Made by a program: the position numbers and the translations under genes | Part shown: one piece after another, positions 1 through 14,350 of the stretch | Position numbering within the stretch: position 1 is the stretch's first letter | Layout: every line of letters begins with the position of its first letter | Assembly: GCA_012295275.1 (NCBI GenBank) | Contig: CM022668.1 | Span: 12,524,001 to 12,588,000 of the forward strand | Direction of reading: 5' to 3' | Length of the DNA stretch: 64,000 nucleotides | Source of the DNA: Chrysomallon squamiferum | Lineage: Eukaryota > Animalia > Mollusca | The notes under the pieces: generated by a model | Databases searched by the model: none | Seen by the model: only the letters and a program-made list of their open reading frames with translations | Told to the model about the DNA's origin: nothing

Positions 1-2
1 GA

Positions 3-350
<348 letters not shown>

Positions 351-2284
351 TTGAAAGAGAGAAAGACAAACTAAATAGAGGCAGATATGATAGATTAATT
401 GAAATAGAAGAAATTAAGATAAATACACACAGAAAGAGAGAAAGGGAGAAACAGATAATTTCTTGACTGTAATGTTATAATCTGCTAAAAATTTCTTAAC
501 ATTTATCATTTTTTATCAAATATAACTTGTGAAACCTAACACAAACAACATTCAAGGTAGTCGAATCTTTAATATAAACATAAAAATAATTAGAAAACAA
601 AATTATATAACAAGTATGTTTATTTTATTAATTCATTTCTGAATACACTACATTCAAAATAATCTTATATAATTATACTTTTTTTTATTCTTCCTTTCTT
701 TTTAACTTTTTTTTAAACTGTGTACATTCAAAATAATGTTATATAATTATGTTACTTTCTCTTTTTTTTTTAACAGTTTATTTTTACCTGTGAACCAGAA
801 ATGTAAACACTATACAGAATACCTGAATCTTTAATACAAACAGGAAAATAATTTATATAAACAAAGATGTTTTTCTTATGACAAGGTTCACTAGTAACCT
901 TCAAGATTCTTCCATTGTTGTCAGTTCTGGAGATGACACCTAATCATTCAAGCAGAATGTCACTTTCATACAGTGGTCACTTGTTTGTCAAAATAATGGA
1001 CACACAAATAAAGATGTATCTTACAGTGATCTTTTTTTCCCTTCCTTCTCATCTATTTAGAGTAATGAAACATGCCAGATAAATCTAATTTGTCACAACT
1101 TGAAGACGTATAGGCATTTTGGTCTTCTAAATCACAACACTTTAAGAAATCATTTGGTAAATTTTGCATGTTATCGTATCAGTTCAACAGAAGTTTCAAA
1201 GAAAATCATCACCTGATTTGGTAATTATATATACGTTTTTAATAACTCTGTGGTTCATTTGTTTCATTTCAGTTAAGTATCTAGAAACTATTAAAAAGTC
1301 TTCTATAATTTACTGAAAAGTAATACACATTAAACGATTAATATTGTAAATTTTTGGACTTAATTATTTTTGATTGACATTTTAGTTTAGAAATCTTCCC
1401 AACTAGCAGGATATTATAAAAACCATTTAGAAATGTCAATGGTAACAACAGTGAATTTATTCTTGTAAACTGTATGATTACAGTATGGCAAAGAAAGTAT
1501 TACAGACATAATTATAACAAAATTAAAATACATGGCCAAAATTTCTATTGATAATCCATTTCAAACGGTTGGAAATTTGTTCACATCTACTGAATCAATA
1601 AACTTAAGTTGTCTGAACAACACTGTGATTGTGGTTGATATCAGGAGGGTGTCAAATAGTCTTACACATTCCCAAATTAGCTTTATTAGCTTTAATTAGC
1701 TATAGAGTGTGCACTAAGAACCTACTGAACATAAGGCATGTGATATAATCACTGAATTTATTTATTTATTTATTTATTTATTTTATATACGCATCCATAA
1801 ATGAAAATAAACAAAATAACAGTTATGCATGCTGTTGTATTAGGTTTTAAGCACAAAATGTTTCTGTTGGCAGTAGTTAGTAGGAACTTTATTATTATTA
1901 GCTCTGTTGGCAAAGATTTGGATTCTAATGTTGGTAATCCTGGTTTAACTCCTTTCATTTGGGTTTAACAGTATAACTTATCAAGTTTTGGTACATCAGT
2001 TCAATGCTACTTTCAAATGTTAAAAAGTCAGAACATGTGAAAATAATACTTGATTAAAATATTTTGTTGGTCTAGACTTTACATGCATGTATTGTAAAGC
2101 TATTTTGTTAGACAATTTCGTTTTGTTTACATTTACAAATGATATGATTTGTATGTCACTATGTGTCTATAATTATATAACAATATCATTAAAACATGTC
2201 TTCTCCATATGTCTCAATGAAAACGTCCGATATCAGACATGGAATTGTTAATTAATAAATTAAAAAATCCTAAAACTGTATGTG

Positions 2285-2560
2285 TATCGATATTGTTTTT
2301 AAAAATTTTAAATGGATCAGATTCGTTCGAGTTCGGAATTTAGCACCAGTTAATGGGGTTTTATAATTAATGACAACTTTTAAATCTGTGAATACCTTAA
2401 TTATTTACTTCAGCGATGTAAAAACACACTGTAATTTTAATCCTGCTTGTCATTTCCAATTTACAGATTTACGTCTGCATTCCCGCCATATTACTTCCGG
2501 TATTACGTCACACAATTGTTCCCTGTTGACAAATTCGGGCGAAAGTGTCCCATAAAATTT
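2285..2560 (+). promoter_or_regulatory. Candidate CpG-containing promoter for the MYLK-like gene or one of its isoforms
   Basis: TATCGATA (DRE-like) at 2285; adjacent CGCCATATT (YY1-like, 2484), ACTTCCGGT (ETS, 2493) and TTACGTCA (CRE/ATF-like, 2503); local CpG enrichment in an otherwise CpG-poor region. Confidence 0.45.
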
Positions 2561-2703
2561 ATTTACGTGATTAATTTTCCCGTTAATAGTGTTTGTGATT
2601 GTTAATGTGTCAACTCACAGAAAGTTTATGGTGTCGGATTAAAGATCGTGATCAACTCTTACAAATTATGATTAACGCATGCTAAGAAATATCAGCGTAA
2701 CAA

Positions 2704-2734
2704 ATGTATAATCGTAAACGTTTGCCCCAGATTG
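2704..2734 (+). CDS. MYLK: Candidate first coding exon of MYLK-like gene (MYNRKRLPQI-G)
   Basis: ATG at 2704 preceded by in-frame TAA; ends G|gtaggt (phase 1), matching the phase-1 acceptor at 7115; just downstream of the promoter-like motif cluster. Confidence 0.4.
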
Positions 2735-3611
2735 GTAGGTATGCTGTTGAAATTAGCGATCTTAATCAAACCCCATTATATATTAAATTTAAAAAAAAAA
2801 AATAATAATAATAATAAAAACAATCCCCACCCCAATTAAATTCTCAAGAAAGTCTATTTGTATGATTATTCCTCTTGATAAAAAGATAAAAATAATAATT
2901 TGTGGCGTGTTCTTATTTTGGTATTCACGTTATTGTAATTACGTGTCATACCAATCGAAAATTAAATTTTGATGGTTTCATTTTGAAAGTTACCAAATAT
3001 AACTGACACATTTCTTTCATTAAACACAACATGAAATCACATTACATATTATAATTTTTTTTATTTCTTACTATTTGTTTTAGTCTTAAATATTCCTATA
3101 GACATGTTTATTTATGAGTTCATTTGAATCATCCAGCCTTCATCTTTCTTAGTAAAATCATCAACGAACAATTTCTAAAGTTACAAGTAGGTAATTAGCT
3201 GACAAATGAGACACACAGGTGTAGACATGTGAGTTTTTTTATTTCAAAAACTGCATGCTCATGTGTAATATGATACATTTTATGAGCTAGGAATGTAAAT
3301 AAATACAGCCACACATTTAAGCACACAGTGGTAAAGAAACTAAAAACCATCTCACTGCAGCCGTAATAAAACACAGGAGAAAAAAAAAAAAAAAAAACCT
3401 TTCCCTTCCTGGACACTTTAATCTCTCTTTGGAAAGCCCCATTTTTAATTCATATAATTACCAATTCAGTGTTTCAGTGTAAGGCACCAGGAAGGTCATT
3501 TCCCACCGTTTTTTTTTTTCCGTTATTATTTTTTTAATTCTTTATAAATGAAATTTATTTCATCTTGTAAATTATATCCCTATCAGTGACCCTTCTTTTT
3601 TCTGAAATTTA

Positions 3612-3789
3612 GTACAACGTATGATATGTACACACCGACAATGAGGAACTGTCAGATACTTCCAGATTAAGATTCTAATTAAACACCTGTCATAATTAAT
3701 ATTTTTTTGTACATAATTATAGATCTGTATTAGGTGAATTCTGCTACTCACTGTGAAAAGATTATTTTTTCTTTTTATTTAAAGAAGGA

Positions 3790-3860
<71 letters not shown>

Positions 3861-4323
3861 AATTGCAGCTCTACAACTGTATGATAAACTTCAATTTTTC
3901 ACTATTAATACTTTTTATAGTAAAATGTTAGAATGAATTTATATACATTTCACATTATCTTCCATGTCTTCTCATTGCTTGGTGATTAATAGATACAATA
4001 TATCCAACAGAAGGAGGGGGAAAAATGTTTATTTCTAGTTTTTCTTTGTTTTGGGGTTTTAAAAAAAAAAAAAAAAAAAAAAAAATTATAATAATAATAA
4101 TAACAAATTTGTTATTTGTAAAAATAAAGAAAAATTGTCCTTCATATAGCAAAAAAGAAAATTATTTTTCACAGTGAGTAGTGGAATTCACCTAATACAG
4201 ATCTATAATTATATACAAAAAAATATTAATTAAGACAGGTGTTTAATTAGAATCTTAATCTAGAAGTATCCGACAGTTCCTCATTATGTTACACTGTCAG
4301 TGTGTGTATCATATGTTGTGTAC
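3612..4323. mobile_element. Long inverted repeat / MITE- or foldback-like element
   Basis: ~3612-3800 is the near-perfect reverse complement of ~4130-4323 (e.g. AGATCTGTATTAGGTGAATTC vs GAATTCACCTAATACAGATCT); inner poly-T and poly-A tracts extend the symmetry. Confidence 0.7.
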
Positions 4324-4529
4324 ATGTTAAGATAACATAACATGATTATATATATTGTATATATATATATATGTGTTGTAAAATTTAATAGGCTGTATCT
4401 ATCTTTCCTTTTTTTTTGTGTCACTGTGTACTTATCTATATTACTATGTATGTGCATTTATGTATCTATGCATCCATGTATATGCATGTATGTGTATGTG
4501 TATCTATGCATGCATGCATCCATGACTGT

Positions 4530-4567
<38 letters not shown>

Positions 4568-5379
4568 AAGTGTACTTGTTTATATATATATATACATGTC
4601 AGTGATTAAAAAGGCATAGCCTACTCATGGATATATTATATATAATGTTTACATATTCATGAATATATTACATACTTTGTCAATTTAGTGTCATGAATAG
4701 ATCATAGAGACCTTCATGCATATCGTGTACATATATTCTTGAATATTCTGTACATAATAAACTATTATTTATGAATGTATGGGTGAATATTTATTTACAA
4801 GCACTTCTTTGTAAAGCTGCATGGATCAGTTATACTGTGTTAATAATAATTTCTGACACAAACATTGATATATTTATATATATATATATATAAAGCTTAT
4901 TAATGCCTATGTCAGAAAAATGTTATATACATGGGTGTATGTTTACACAGACACACAGACAAACACTCTGTTATTTCCAATTATTCTAAAGAAGAATAAA
5001 GTTTCTAGCAAGACTTTAAATTTAAATTACTATAACAATTGGCCATTTGAAAGAAACCTAGAAAAATATTTATGGGTATATTATTTAAATTTTATTTCTG
5101 TATATTTATATTTGATTCCCATTAGTATATCAATTTGTCTTATCTCAGTCTTGTCAGTTAAATGAATAAAAAATATTAAATAAATGCATACATGAAACTA
5201 GCTAATGTTAAGAACTGACAATCAAACTATATGCAATATGTTGACAACACAAACTAAAATATTTTATGTTCATAATAAAAAATATCTTTAAGGAATTATG
5301 TAACATATGTAATTTTTAGTCATTAACAGTATGCTTGTAAATATTATTCAAAAAACTATATATATATATTATTTTATTT

Positions 5380-5418
5380 ATGATTATTATTATTATGATT
5401 AAGATTATTAAGATTATA

Positions 5419-5450
<32 letters not shown>

Positions 5451-5545
5451 GATTATGATGATTATTATTATTATTATTATTATTATGATGATTATTATTA
5501 TTATTATTATTATGATTATTATTGTTATTATTATTATTATTATTT
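5380..5545. repeat. (ATT)n/(ATG) trinucleotide microsatellite
   Basis: Direct reading. Confidence 0.9.
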
Positions 5546-6071
5546 TTATACATCTATATATTCTATTTTTTCTGAATTAGTCAAACATTTTTATATACTC
5601 ATTTATATATATCTACTGATGTATTAAGAACACTCAAGTATTATCAGCTTTTAACACCTTTTTTGTCGATGGCACTTGACAAATATGTTTTCAGTCCTAT
5701 CTTTTTATCAAGGCCCCTTGAATTATAGCAGCTATCAAAGCAAGCCTTTTACGATCAGTTGAAAAACCTTTTTTTTTTTAGATCGCTTGAGTTATTACAA
5801 ATTTCATACATATGTTTTGTTAAGACCATTTGAATATTTTGTAGTTTTCAATATATTTGTATTAAAACTGTTTGAATATACAGAAATTTTTAATACATTA
5901 TTTTCTGTTGGACCACTTCAAAAATAACAAGACATTATACACTATTTTTTTTCTACATTCTAAGATGAATACACCAATGCTTGTCTAGAAATTTTTGAAT
6001 ACTCCGTAATGTATTTCTGTTTAGTAAATGGAAAACTTTTAATATATATATATATATATATATATACATAC

Positions 6072-6120
<49 letters not shown>

Positions 6121-6524
6121 TATAATTTGACAGAGTTTATAAAATAAGAAAACATTTCTGTCAGTTATATAGCGAAAATTAAAAAAAATTCTTGGTCATA
6201 ATATGATCCTCAGGGTTTGTTCTAGTCGTGACATTTATGTTGTCATGTTTACAGACTTACTCTGTAATAAAATCATATATTTATTTTCTTCTTATAGTTA
6301 TCTAATAATTAAGAATTTAGATATAAGTATTATTATAGTAAAAGTTAATGTAACTGAATCTGACAGGTGCAGTTGAAATAATGTTTGAATAAAACCGTTT
6401 TGTCTGCTTAAATTGATGCAAAATATTCCTTCATTGATTAATACATACATACATATTTACAGAGAATGTTAAAATTATTAAGATAATAGAAAATATTCCT
6501 GTTTTGATGAATATATTTATATAT

Positions 6525-6670
6525 ACATACACACATACATACATACATACATACATTTATACATACATACATACATAAAATATTAAAATAATACATACAT
6601 AATATATACATACATACATACATACATACATACATACATACATACATACATACATACATACTTACTTACA
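6525..6670. repeat. (TACA)n tetranucleotide microsatellite
   Basis: Direct reading. Confidence 0.9.
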
Positions 6671-7114
6671 TAGATTGATATATATTGATATACTTTCAAG
6701 GGATTGTTTTACTCTAGTTTATTAAATATATTTTGTTGTTTTCCTTGTAGTAATATTAAAACTGATTACTAACATTTATTATTTATCAGCATTTACTAAA
6801 TATATTTGTTATTTTTCCAAGTGACTCAATTGTTTATTGAAATCAATCTTTACTGACAATAAATTACGAAAGTAACATAATAGCCTCACTTGGATATACG
6901 AAAACTGTGACTTTCCATTATTTAATAAACCATATATTTGAAATACCTTTACTGCTAAAAAAAATTATCAATTTCTATAAAACAAATTATCTCGATAACT
7001 TGATATTTTCCCAACCAGTTAGTTAACTTTCTGTTTATTTTGTAATTTAAAATATTTTTCATTTAGTAAATTCAAATTCATAAAATAATTTTACTGTTTT
7101 TTTTTTAATTTCAG

Positions 7115-7468
7115 GCGGAACTCGCAAAGTCGATGCTGGGGACTGTCTGGAATTCCGAATCGACTTGAGCAACCGTGCCCCGGAGTTATCTGCCCCTGAA
7201 TTTGTCGTGAAACCACGGCGACAGTTTGTGGATGAAGGACAGCCGGCAGTTTTCAAAATGTCCTTTGACGGATCTCCAGACACTACTTTGTCGTGGACGG
7301 TCAATGGCGATCCACTTCCGAACGATTCCAGATACAAAATGTGTGAGAAAGATGGCTTTCATTTTCTGGAAATAGACAAAGTGTGCGAATCTGACAAAGG
7401 AAAATATGAATGTACGCTGGAAAATTCTGCTGGAAAGACGTCGGTGTCTGCCGATTTGGAAGTGTTTG
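7115..7468 (+). CDS. MYLK: MYLK-like exon: I-set Ig domain 1
   Basis: tttcag|GC...TTT G|gtgag; APEFVVKPRRQFVDEGQPAVF...LSW...DKGKYECTLENSAG is an I-set Ig signature. Confidence 0.9.
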
Positions 7469-8262
7469 GTGAGTAGATACAGATTTTGTTATCTTGGTTT
7501 TTTTGTTGTTGTTTTTGTTGTTTTTTTAAATTTTATTTTCACATAGGTTGTGTTTTTAAGATAAAAATTACTTTGAATTGTTGTACAGTGCTGTTGTCTT
7601 TTAATAACTACTTTATAATTTATCTGAGTTGTTCTTTTGTATATTTAAACTTCTTTTTTTACTTTTTATTTTATTTTTTTATTCCAAAGTAATGAATTTT
7701 AATCACATTTGTAGGAATAGGGTTCAAAAGTTTTTTTCCAAATTTAAATTGAAAAATGTTATTATTTCTTTCTTTATTGAAAAATAATTAAGATTAATGT
7801 AGTCTTATTTTAATGAAAATATTAGTGTAATATTATAATTTATTTACTTCTATTCATTGTGAATCATATTATAATAACCTATGTTATAATCTGTATCATT
7901 TTAATTTTAATGAAAATATATTATCATTATTACAATCTGTTTATTATTATTATTATTAGTGTTAGTAGTAGTAGTAGTAGTAGTAGTAAGCTTTTTAATG
8001 AAAATTTATTATCTGTGACAATCCATTTTCTTATTTTTATTATTTTTTAATGAAAATGTTTAATTTGTTTATAATTAATTTTAATCAAAATAGTATTACC
8101 TATGTTTATAACGTCTATTATTTTTTTTTTAAAATGAAAAATTTATACCTGTTTTATAATTTATTTAAATATTAATCAAAATTTAACATCTATTTTATTT
8201 TATTTTAATATTAATTTTAATCAGAATATATTAAATGTATTATAACCTGTTCCATTTTTTAG

Positions 8263-8376
8263 TCAAAACTGGTCCACAAGAGAAAAAGGTACCGGCGCCA
8301 ATCTTGGTCCAGCCTCTTAAAGATATAACTGTTGCCGAGGGTGATCGCAACATTGTAATAGATTGTCGAGTATCTG
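8263..8376 (+). CDS. MYLK: MYLK-like exon: N-terminal half of Ig domain 2
   Basis: tttttag|TC...TCT G|gtatgt; PAPILVQPLKDITVAEGDRNIVIDCRVSG. Confidence 0.88.
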
Positions 8377-9608
8377 GTATGTACAGAACAGTGATAAATC
8401 TTTGTTATATTTACTTCCAGCTTAAATCTTGTAATTCTAGTGACAAAATAAGTTATTAATATTTTTTTAAATTATGCTCTGTTTAAATTTCATATTATTA
8501 ACTTACATAGTTTTATGCAGCTCTGTTTAAATTTCATAGTTTTCTATTAATTTACATAGTTTTCTGCAGCTCTGTGGTTATGTTTGTTATGTTTAAAGTT
8601 TGTAATTTAATTCAAATGATTAAGATGATAACATCTCGTGTTTGATATTTATAAAATTGTGTTTTGTTTAAATCTTGTGGTATTGGATTACATAGTTTCC
8701 TGTAGTTGTGTCGCTGGGTTTATATTTTGTTTTAAATTTTGTAATTTAAGATGATACTGTCTGTTATTTAATATTTTTATTATATTTTATTTAAAAACAA
8801 AAATTATTATTGTGTTACGCGGTTTTCTGTTCTTGTGTCCGTTATGATAGTTTGTTTAAATTTTTTTAATTTTAATTTGTTTAAATCTGATAACACTTGG
8901 TATTAATATTTTAAAAATTATATTTATTTATCAATCTTATATTAAAATATAAAAATTGTTGTAACTCTTTTTAGTATCATTTTATCTAAATTTTATAGTT
9001 AGAAGTTTTTATTCGTGTTTTTTAAATTATTGTGTAAACCATATTAAGGGTTATAAAATTTGTTACTGATATTTTCTAAATTTTCATTAAAATCTTATAT
9101 TTATAATAAAAAGAAATTGTTATTGATATTTTAAAAGTTGCAGTTTGTTTGAATGTTCTATTAAGTTGTGAAGTTACAAGATTTAAATATGTCTGCAGTG
9201 TGTGCGTTTAAATCTTATCTTTTCTACAACAACATTGCCATATGTGTGACTTTGTTTAAATTTAATTTGACAGTTATCAAATTTAAATATATTTTGTTTT
9301 TATAGTTTTCTTAAAATCTCATAATTACCTTTATAAAGTCTGTTTCATAGTGGTTAAATTTATGGTTATAATTTTGTATCAAAGATAATCAATCATTATC
9401 TAAGGGAAGGTTGTTATAAAATATCACTTACTGCTGATTGAAAAAGATTAACCATGGTAGAAACTGGTTTCCTCTCACTTTAATTATATGTATAAATATA
9501 TAAATTATATAATTTGTATATCATTTGTCAATAACAAATAATTTTTTCCTTTATTCATTCCTTCTTTCTTTCCATCCTTCATTCATTCTTTCATTCATTT
9601 GAAAACAG

Positions 9609-9809
9609 GAGCTACCAAGGACTGTGTTGCCACATGGTTTAAAGATGGCAAAGAAATAAAACCTGGCAGGGAATTCCGAGCCAAGTTTGACAACAGGATT
9701 GCCTCCCTTACCATATCAGAGACTCTTGAAGAAGATAATGGTCAATATGAATGTGTGATATCAGGCGTATTTGGTGAACTGAGAACAAGCTGTTATATCA
9801 CAGTGGAAG
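9609..9809 (+). CDS. MYLK: MYLK-like exon: C-terminal half of Ig domain 2
   Basis: aacag|GA...GAA G|gtgag; WFKDGKEI...EDNGQYECVIS. Confidence 0.9.
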
Positions 9810-10294
9810 GTGAGCTATTAGAAAACTGTGTGGTGGGTGCTGTCATGTGGAAATTGTACAGATAAAAATAGATATGGAAATAGAAAAATGATTTGTGAAA
9901 AGTATTAATTTTTTAAAACAAATATGAAATTATTTTAATTAAAAAAAAAATTAAGTGTATTTTTATTTTATTTATTTATTTTTTATTATTTAAAATTTAT
10001 ATTTTTTAATTTTATTTTATTGTATTTTTTTTTAATTTTATTTCTAAATCTTTTTTTAAATTTTATTTTAATTTTATTTTTTCTATTTTATTTTTACTTA
10101 GTTTTATTATAATTTTGTTTTATGTATTTTTTCCATATTTTATTAATTTATATTTTGGATAATTATTTCTTTATTTTATTTTTAAAATTTATTATTAATT
10201 CTACTACATTTTATTAATATTTTTATTTAATTATTATTTTAATATTAGTATTAGTATTTTTTTTTTTAAGATATTTTTTGTTTATTTGTTTATT

Positions 10295-10333
<39 letters not shown>

Positions 10334-10354
10334 TTTTTTTTTATTTTATTGTAG

Positions 10355-10453
10355 CATCCACTGAACAAAGAGAACCACCGGTTTTTGTCCAAGAACTTCA
10401 TGACATGGAAGTGGACAACGGTGACAAGGTGGAGCTGGTTGTCGAGGTCAAAG
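10355..10453 (+). CDS. MYLK: MYLK-like exon: N-terminal half of Ig domain 3
   Basis: ttgtag|CA...AAA G|gtcagt; translates STEQREPPVFVQELHDMEVDNGDKVELVVEVK (not in the ORF track). Confidence 0.88.
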
Positions 10454-10699
10454 GTCAGTGTCATTCTGGACAGTGGGTTTTGTTGTTGTTTTTGTATGGT
10501 TGAAAGTAAGATAGGTTGACAACACAGATATAAAAATTTGATCAGTTTGTTCATGCTATTTATAAAGGATTTAAAAAAAAAATTTTAGATCCTTTAATAA
10601 AAATTATATTGTATTTTTGAAGTTATTATGGAGTCTTGTTTTTATTTTTATTTATTTATTTTTTTTTGCTTCTTTAAAAATTATTATTTATTTATTATT

Positions 10700-10730
<31 letters not shown>

Positions 10731-11614
10731 TATATTTTTAAAGTATTTTATATATTCTTTATTTTTGTAAATTTTGTATGCAAACACATACCAACCCACA
10801 TTCACAACTATGTGGAAACATTATCATAAAAGCTGCAGTTACTCATTCTTTATAGAATATTTGACTCATTGTCTTGTCTTATGAGTTATTCATGAAGGAA
10901 ATATGATATTAGGTGATATTAATGAAACTTTTTTTTTTTTTTAAATGCTCCCACTTGCTCATTTTATTAGGGTTTTTTGTTAGTTTTTCCACCCTCCCCA
11001 AGGTATCTATTGTAATAGGTTTAGAAAGAATGGCTATTACTGGATATATAAACATATGAGTCAGTTTACAAAAAAAATATTTATTGGTAACTGAACAATA
11101 GCAGATATTTTGTTTTTATAGTGTTGATTTCATGCATGTTATTTTTTAGTGGATATTTACATACCCACAAATAAAAAAAAAAAAATAATAGAGATAATAA
11201 TAATAGTAATAATAACTAAATAAATTAAAATAATAAATTAATGATTAAGAATTAGAGGTGTTTCATATTTCCCTAAAGCTATTTTTTATTATGAACAATA
11301 AAATATTTATGTTTGTGTTGTCAACGTATTGCGTATAGTTTGACTGTCAGTTCTTAACATTAGCTAGTTTTGTGTGTGCATTTATTTCTCACATTAATGC
11401 ATTTAAGAGCTGCCATAGTGGGTTTGTTTGTGTGTAAAGTGTTTTATTTTATATATTATGTCTTGCCATTGTGTATTTGTGTGAAATATGTTATTTTATT
11501 TTATTTTATTTTATTTTATTTTATTTATTATTATTATTATTATTATTGTTATTATTATTATTATTATTATTTATTTTTAATTGTTTTATTATTATTATTT
11601 TATTTTTATTATTA

Positions 11615-11653
<39 letters not shown>

Positions 11654-11660
11654 TATATTT

Positions 11661-11692
<32 letters not shown>

Positions 11693-12054
11693 TTTTTTTA
11701 TTATATTTGGATTTAGTTAGTTGGTGAAGTTTTGCTTTTAATGTTTGAAATGACTTCATAGTTTTGTATTTCACCATATTTTGTTATCTTACTAAAAATT
11801 ATTTATTTTTAATATATTGTTAAGTTTAATTTTTTAATAAACAAATCTATTCTGATAAGATTTTCTGAATACATTTTTTACAAATAGATTATTTTAATTT
11901 TATTTTATTTTATTTTATTTTATTTTTTTTTATTCTAAATTTAATTTTAATTATAAAATTTTTAATTTGAATAAATGATTTTATTGTCATTAATCAGTAT
12001 TTAAATACAAAAATGAGAAATTAAAATTTTATTTAAAAATACATCCATCTATTA

Positions 12055-12104
<50 letters not shown>

Positions 12105-12313
12105 TAAATATAAAATATCTTTCTAAAATAATTTTTAAACTAAATTTATTTGTTATTTTCTTTATAATAAATATATTATTTTACTTTTTTTTTTTTAACT
12201 TACTTCTTTTTGTATTTATTTAAAGAATCAGGCCTATCAAAAATATATATATATATATTACTGTATAAAGAGCATGAAGCATGTTCTCCTGCATGTTTAT
12301 TGTCTGTTTCTAG

Positions 12314-12514
12314 GCACAGAGCCTATCAATGTCTTCTGGATACATAACAATCGTGAAATCTTACCTCAGGATATGGAATACAAACAAGTATCGCATGGCA
12401 ATGTGCATAAGCTCGTTATATCACAGGTTTACGAGCAGGATGCTGGCGAATATGTTTGTGAGGCTTACAATGATTATGGCGATACAGATACCTTTTGTAG
12501 GTTGCAGGTTAAAG
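12314..12514 (+). CDS. MYLK: MYLK-like exon: C-terminal half of Ig domain 3
   Basis: ttctag|GC...AAA G|gtatga; GTEPINVFWIHN...QDAGEYVCEAYNDYG. Confidence 0.9.
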
Positions 12515-12857
12515 GTATGAGGCAATGAATATTATTAATTAAGACAGTTCATATTTGTTTAATATTTTTTTAATTTATTTTATATATTTTTTGTGAAATT
12601 GATGAGAATGTTTGGTACCAAGTGTTAAAAGTTGTTTCCATCACAGTGTTTAGTTCTTAGATAAAAGTTTCAAAACTTGATGGCAGATATTTTGAAAAAT
12701 TTACTTGGAAATTGTTTATTAATTTTTTTATTACCATTAGTGTGTAAACTTTATGAAATGAAAATCTGTATAGTTTTAATTAAACATTATATATAAAAAT
12801 ATTTTTTACATTTATTAGCAGGGAATATTTACTTAAATTTTAAATAGATATAGTTTT

Positions 12858-12897
<40 letters not shown>

Positions 12898-14004
12898 TAT
12901 TGTTATTGTTCTTTATTATTGTTATACATTTTTTTATATCAGAAAAATAATCATCTATCCTCTCTTTTTCTTCGCTTTATATCAATCCCAGATTTTATTT
13001 ATTTATCTTATATTTATTTTATTTTATTTATATTTTATTCGTTTATTTATTTTATTTTATTTATATTTATTTATTTATTTATTTATATTTTTTAATTTAA
13101 ATTTTTTATTTTATTTTTTTGTTTTGTTTTGTTTATAAAGTCAGTCAGTTTAATACATTTTTCTGTCATTAAAAATTAATTATAAATTAAAATGAACTAA
13201 TTTTTAAAAAGTTTGCCTATATCTGTGTCTTTGCATGCATTGATGCATCTTGCTATTAGTAAATACTGAAAAGAAATTTTTATTTTATTTTAATTTTATT
13301 CAATCATTTAATTTTAATATTCATGAAATTATAAATAAATGTAAATTTCCAAACAGAAATTTTAAACTTTCATTTATTTTTTCTTATATTCAAATACTTT
13401 AAACACTTTCTTAATGCACCTTAAACTTTCAAGAATTATTAATTAAATCAACAATTATCTTTAATTAGATTTTTAAAATGGATGTAACAAAAAAATCTCT
13501 TATTTTTGGAAAAATGCATAAATTTTTTAATTCAAAAAAAAAAAAAAATTATTTCTAAATTATTCAGATATTTTGTACAAAAAATAAAAATAATAATAAT
13601 TTCATTCCAAATAAATTTAAATATTATATACATTTATCTGTTTTTGACATTTAAAATTGTTATTAATTTTTTTTTTTTTTTTTTCTCTCTTCAGAAAATG
13701 ACAGCCAGCTCGGACAACAATAGTTCCAGAGCATGTCTTTTCGTAGTTACTTCCCCTTGTTTCTAACTCTTCCATTTTCTTTTTTTTCTCTCTCCACTTG
13801 ATTTTTGTTTTTAGTTTAGTTTTTCTTTTAACCTTTACCTTTTTTTTTTTTTTTTTTTTTCAAGAAGTTTCCTTTTTTTTTCTTCTTCAAATCTTTCTTC
13901 TTTATTTTTTAGAATTTAGTTAACCCTTTTTATTTAGTTCCTTTTTTTTTAGTTTTTTTTTTTTATTAACCCTTTGGTTTGCATATCATGCATTGTTTCC
14001 CCAG

Positions 14005-14168
14005 ATGTTAAAATTGCCTATGCACCTGATTTTGTCACCAAAGCGAGATCATTAACTGTGAATGAGGGGTCAAATGTCATGTTCAGCTGCCAAATCAGAG
14101 GTCATCCCACCCCCACAGTGCAGTGGGAACATGATGGACTGACAATCATAGAAGGCAGAAAATATAAG
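14005..14168 (+). CDS. MYLK: MYLK-like exon: N-terminal half of Ig domain 4
   Basis: ccccag|AT...AAG|gtttgt; APDFVTKARSLTVNEGSNVMFSCQIRGHPTPTVQWEHDG. Confidence 0.9.
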
Positions 14169-14204
14169 GTTTGTAGTTTATGTTCACATATTCATATATG
14201 CCTA

Positions 14205-14310
14205 GATACATACATACATACGTACATACGCATATACATACATATGTACATAAAACATACATACATACATACATACATACATACATACATAGATAGATAC
14301 ATACATACAT

Positions 14311-14350
<40 letters not shown>

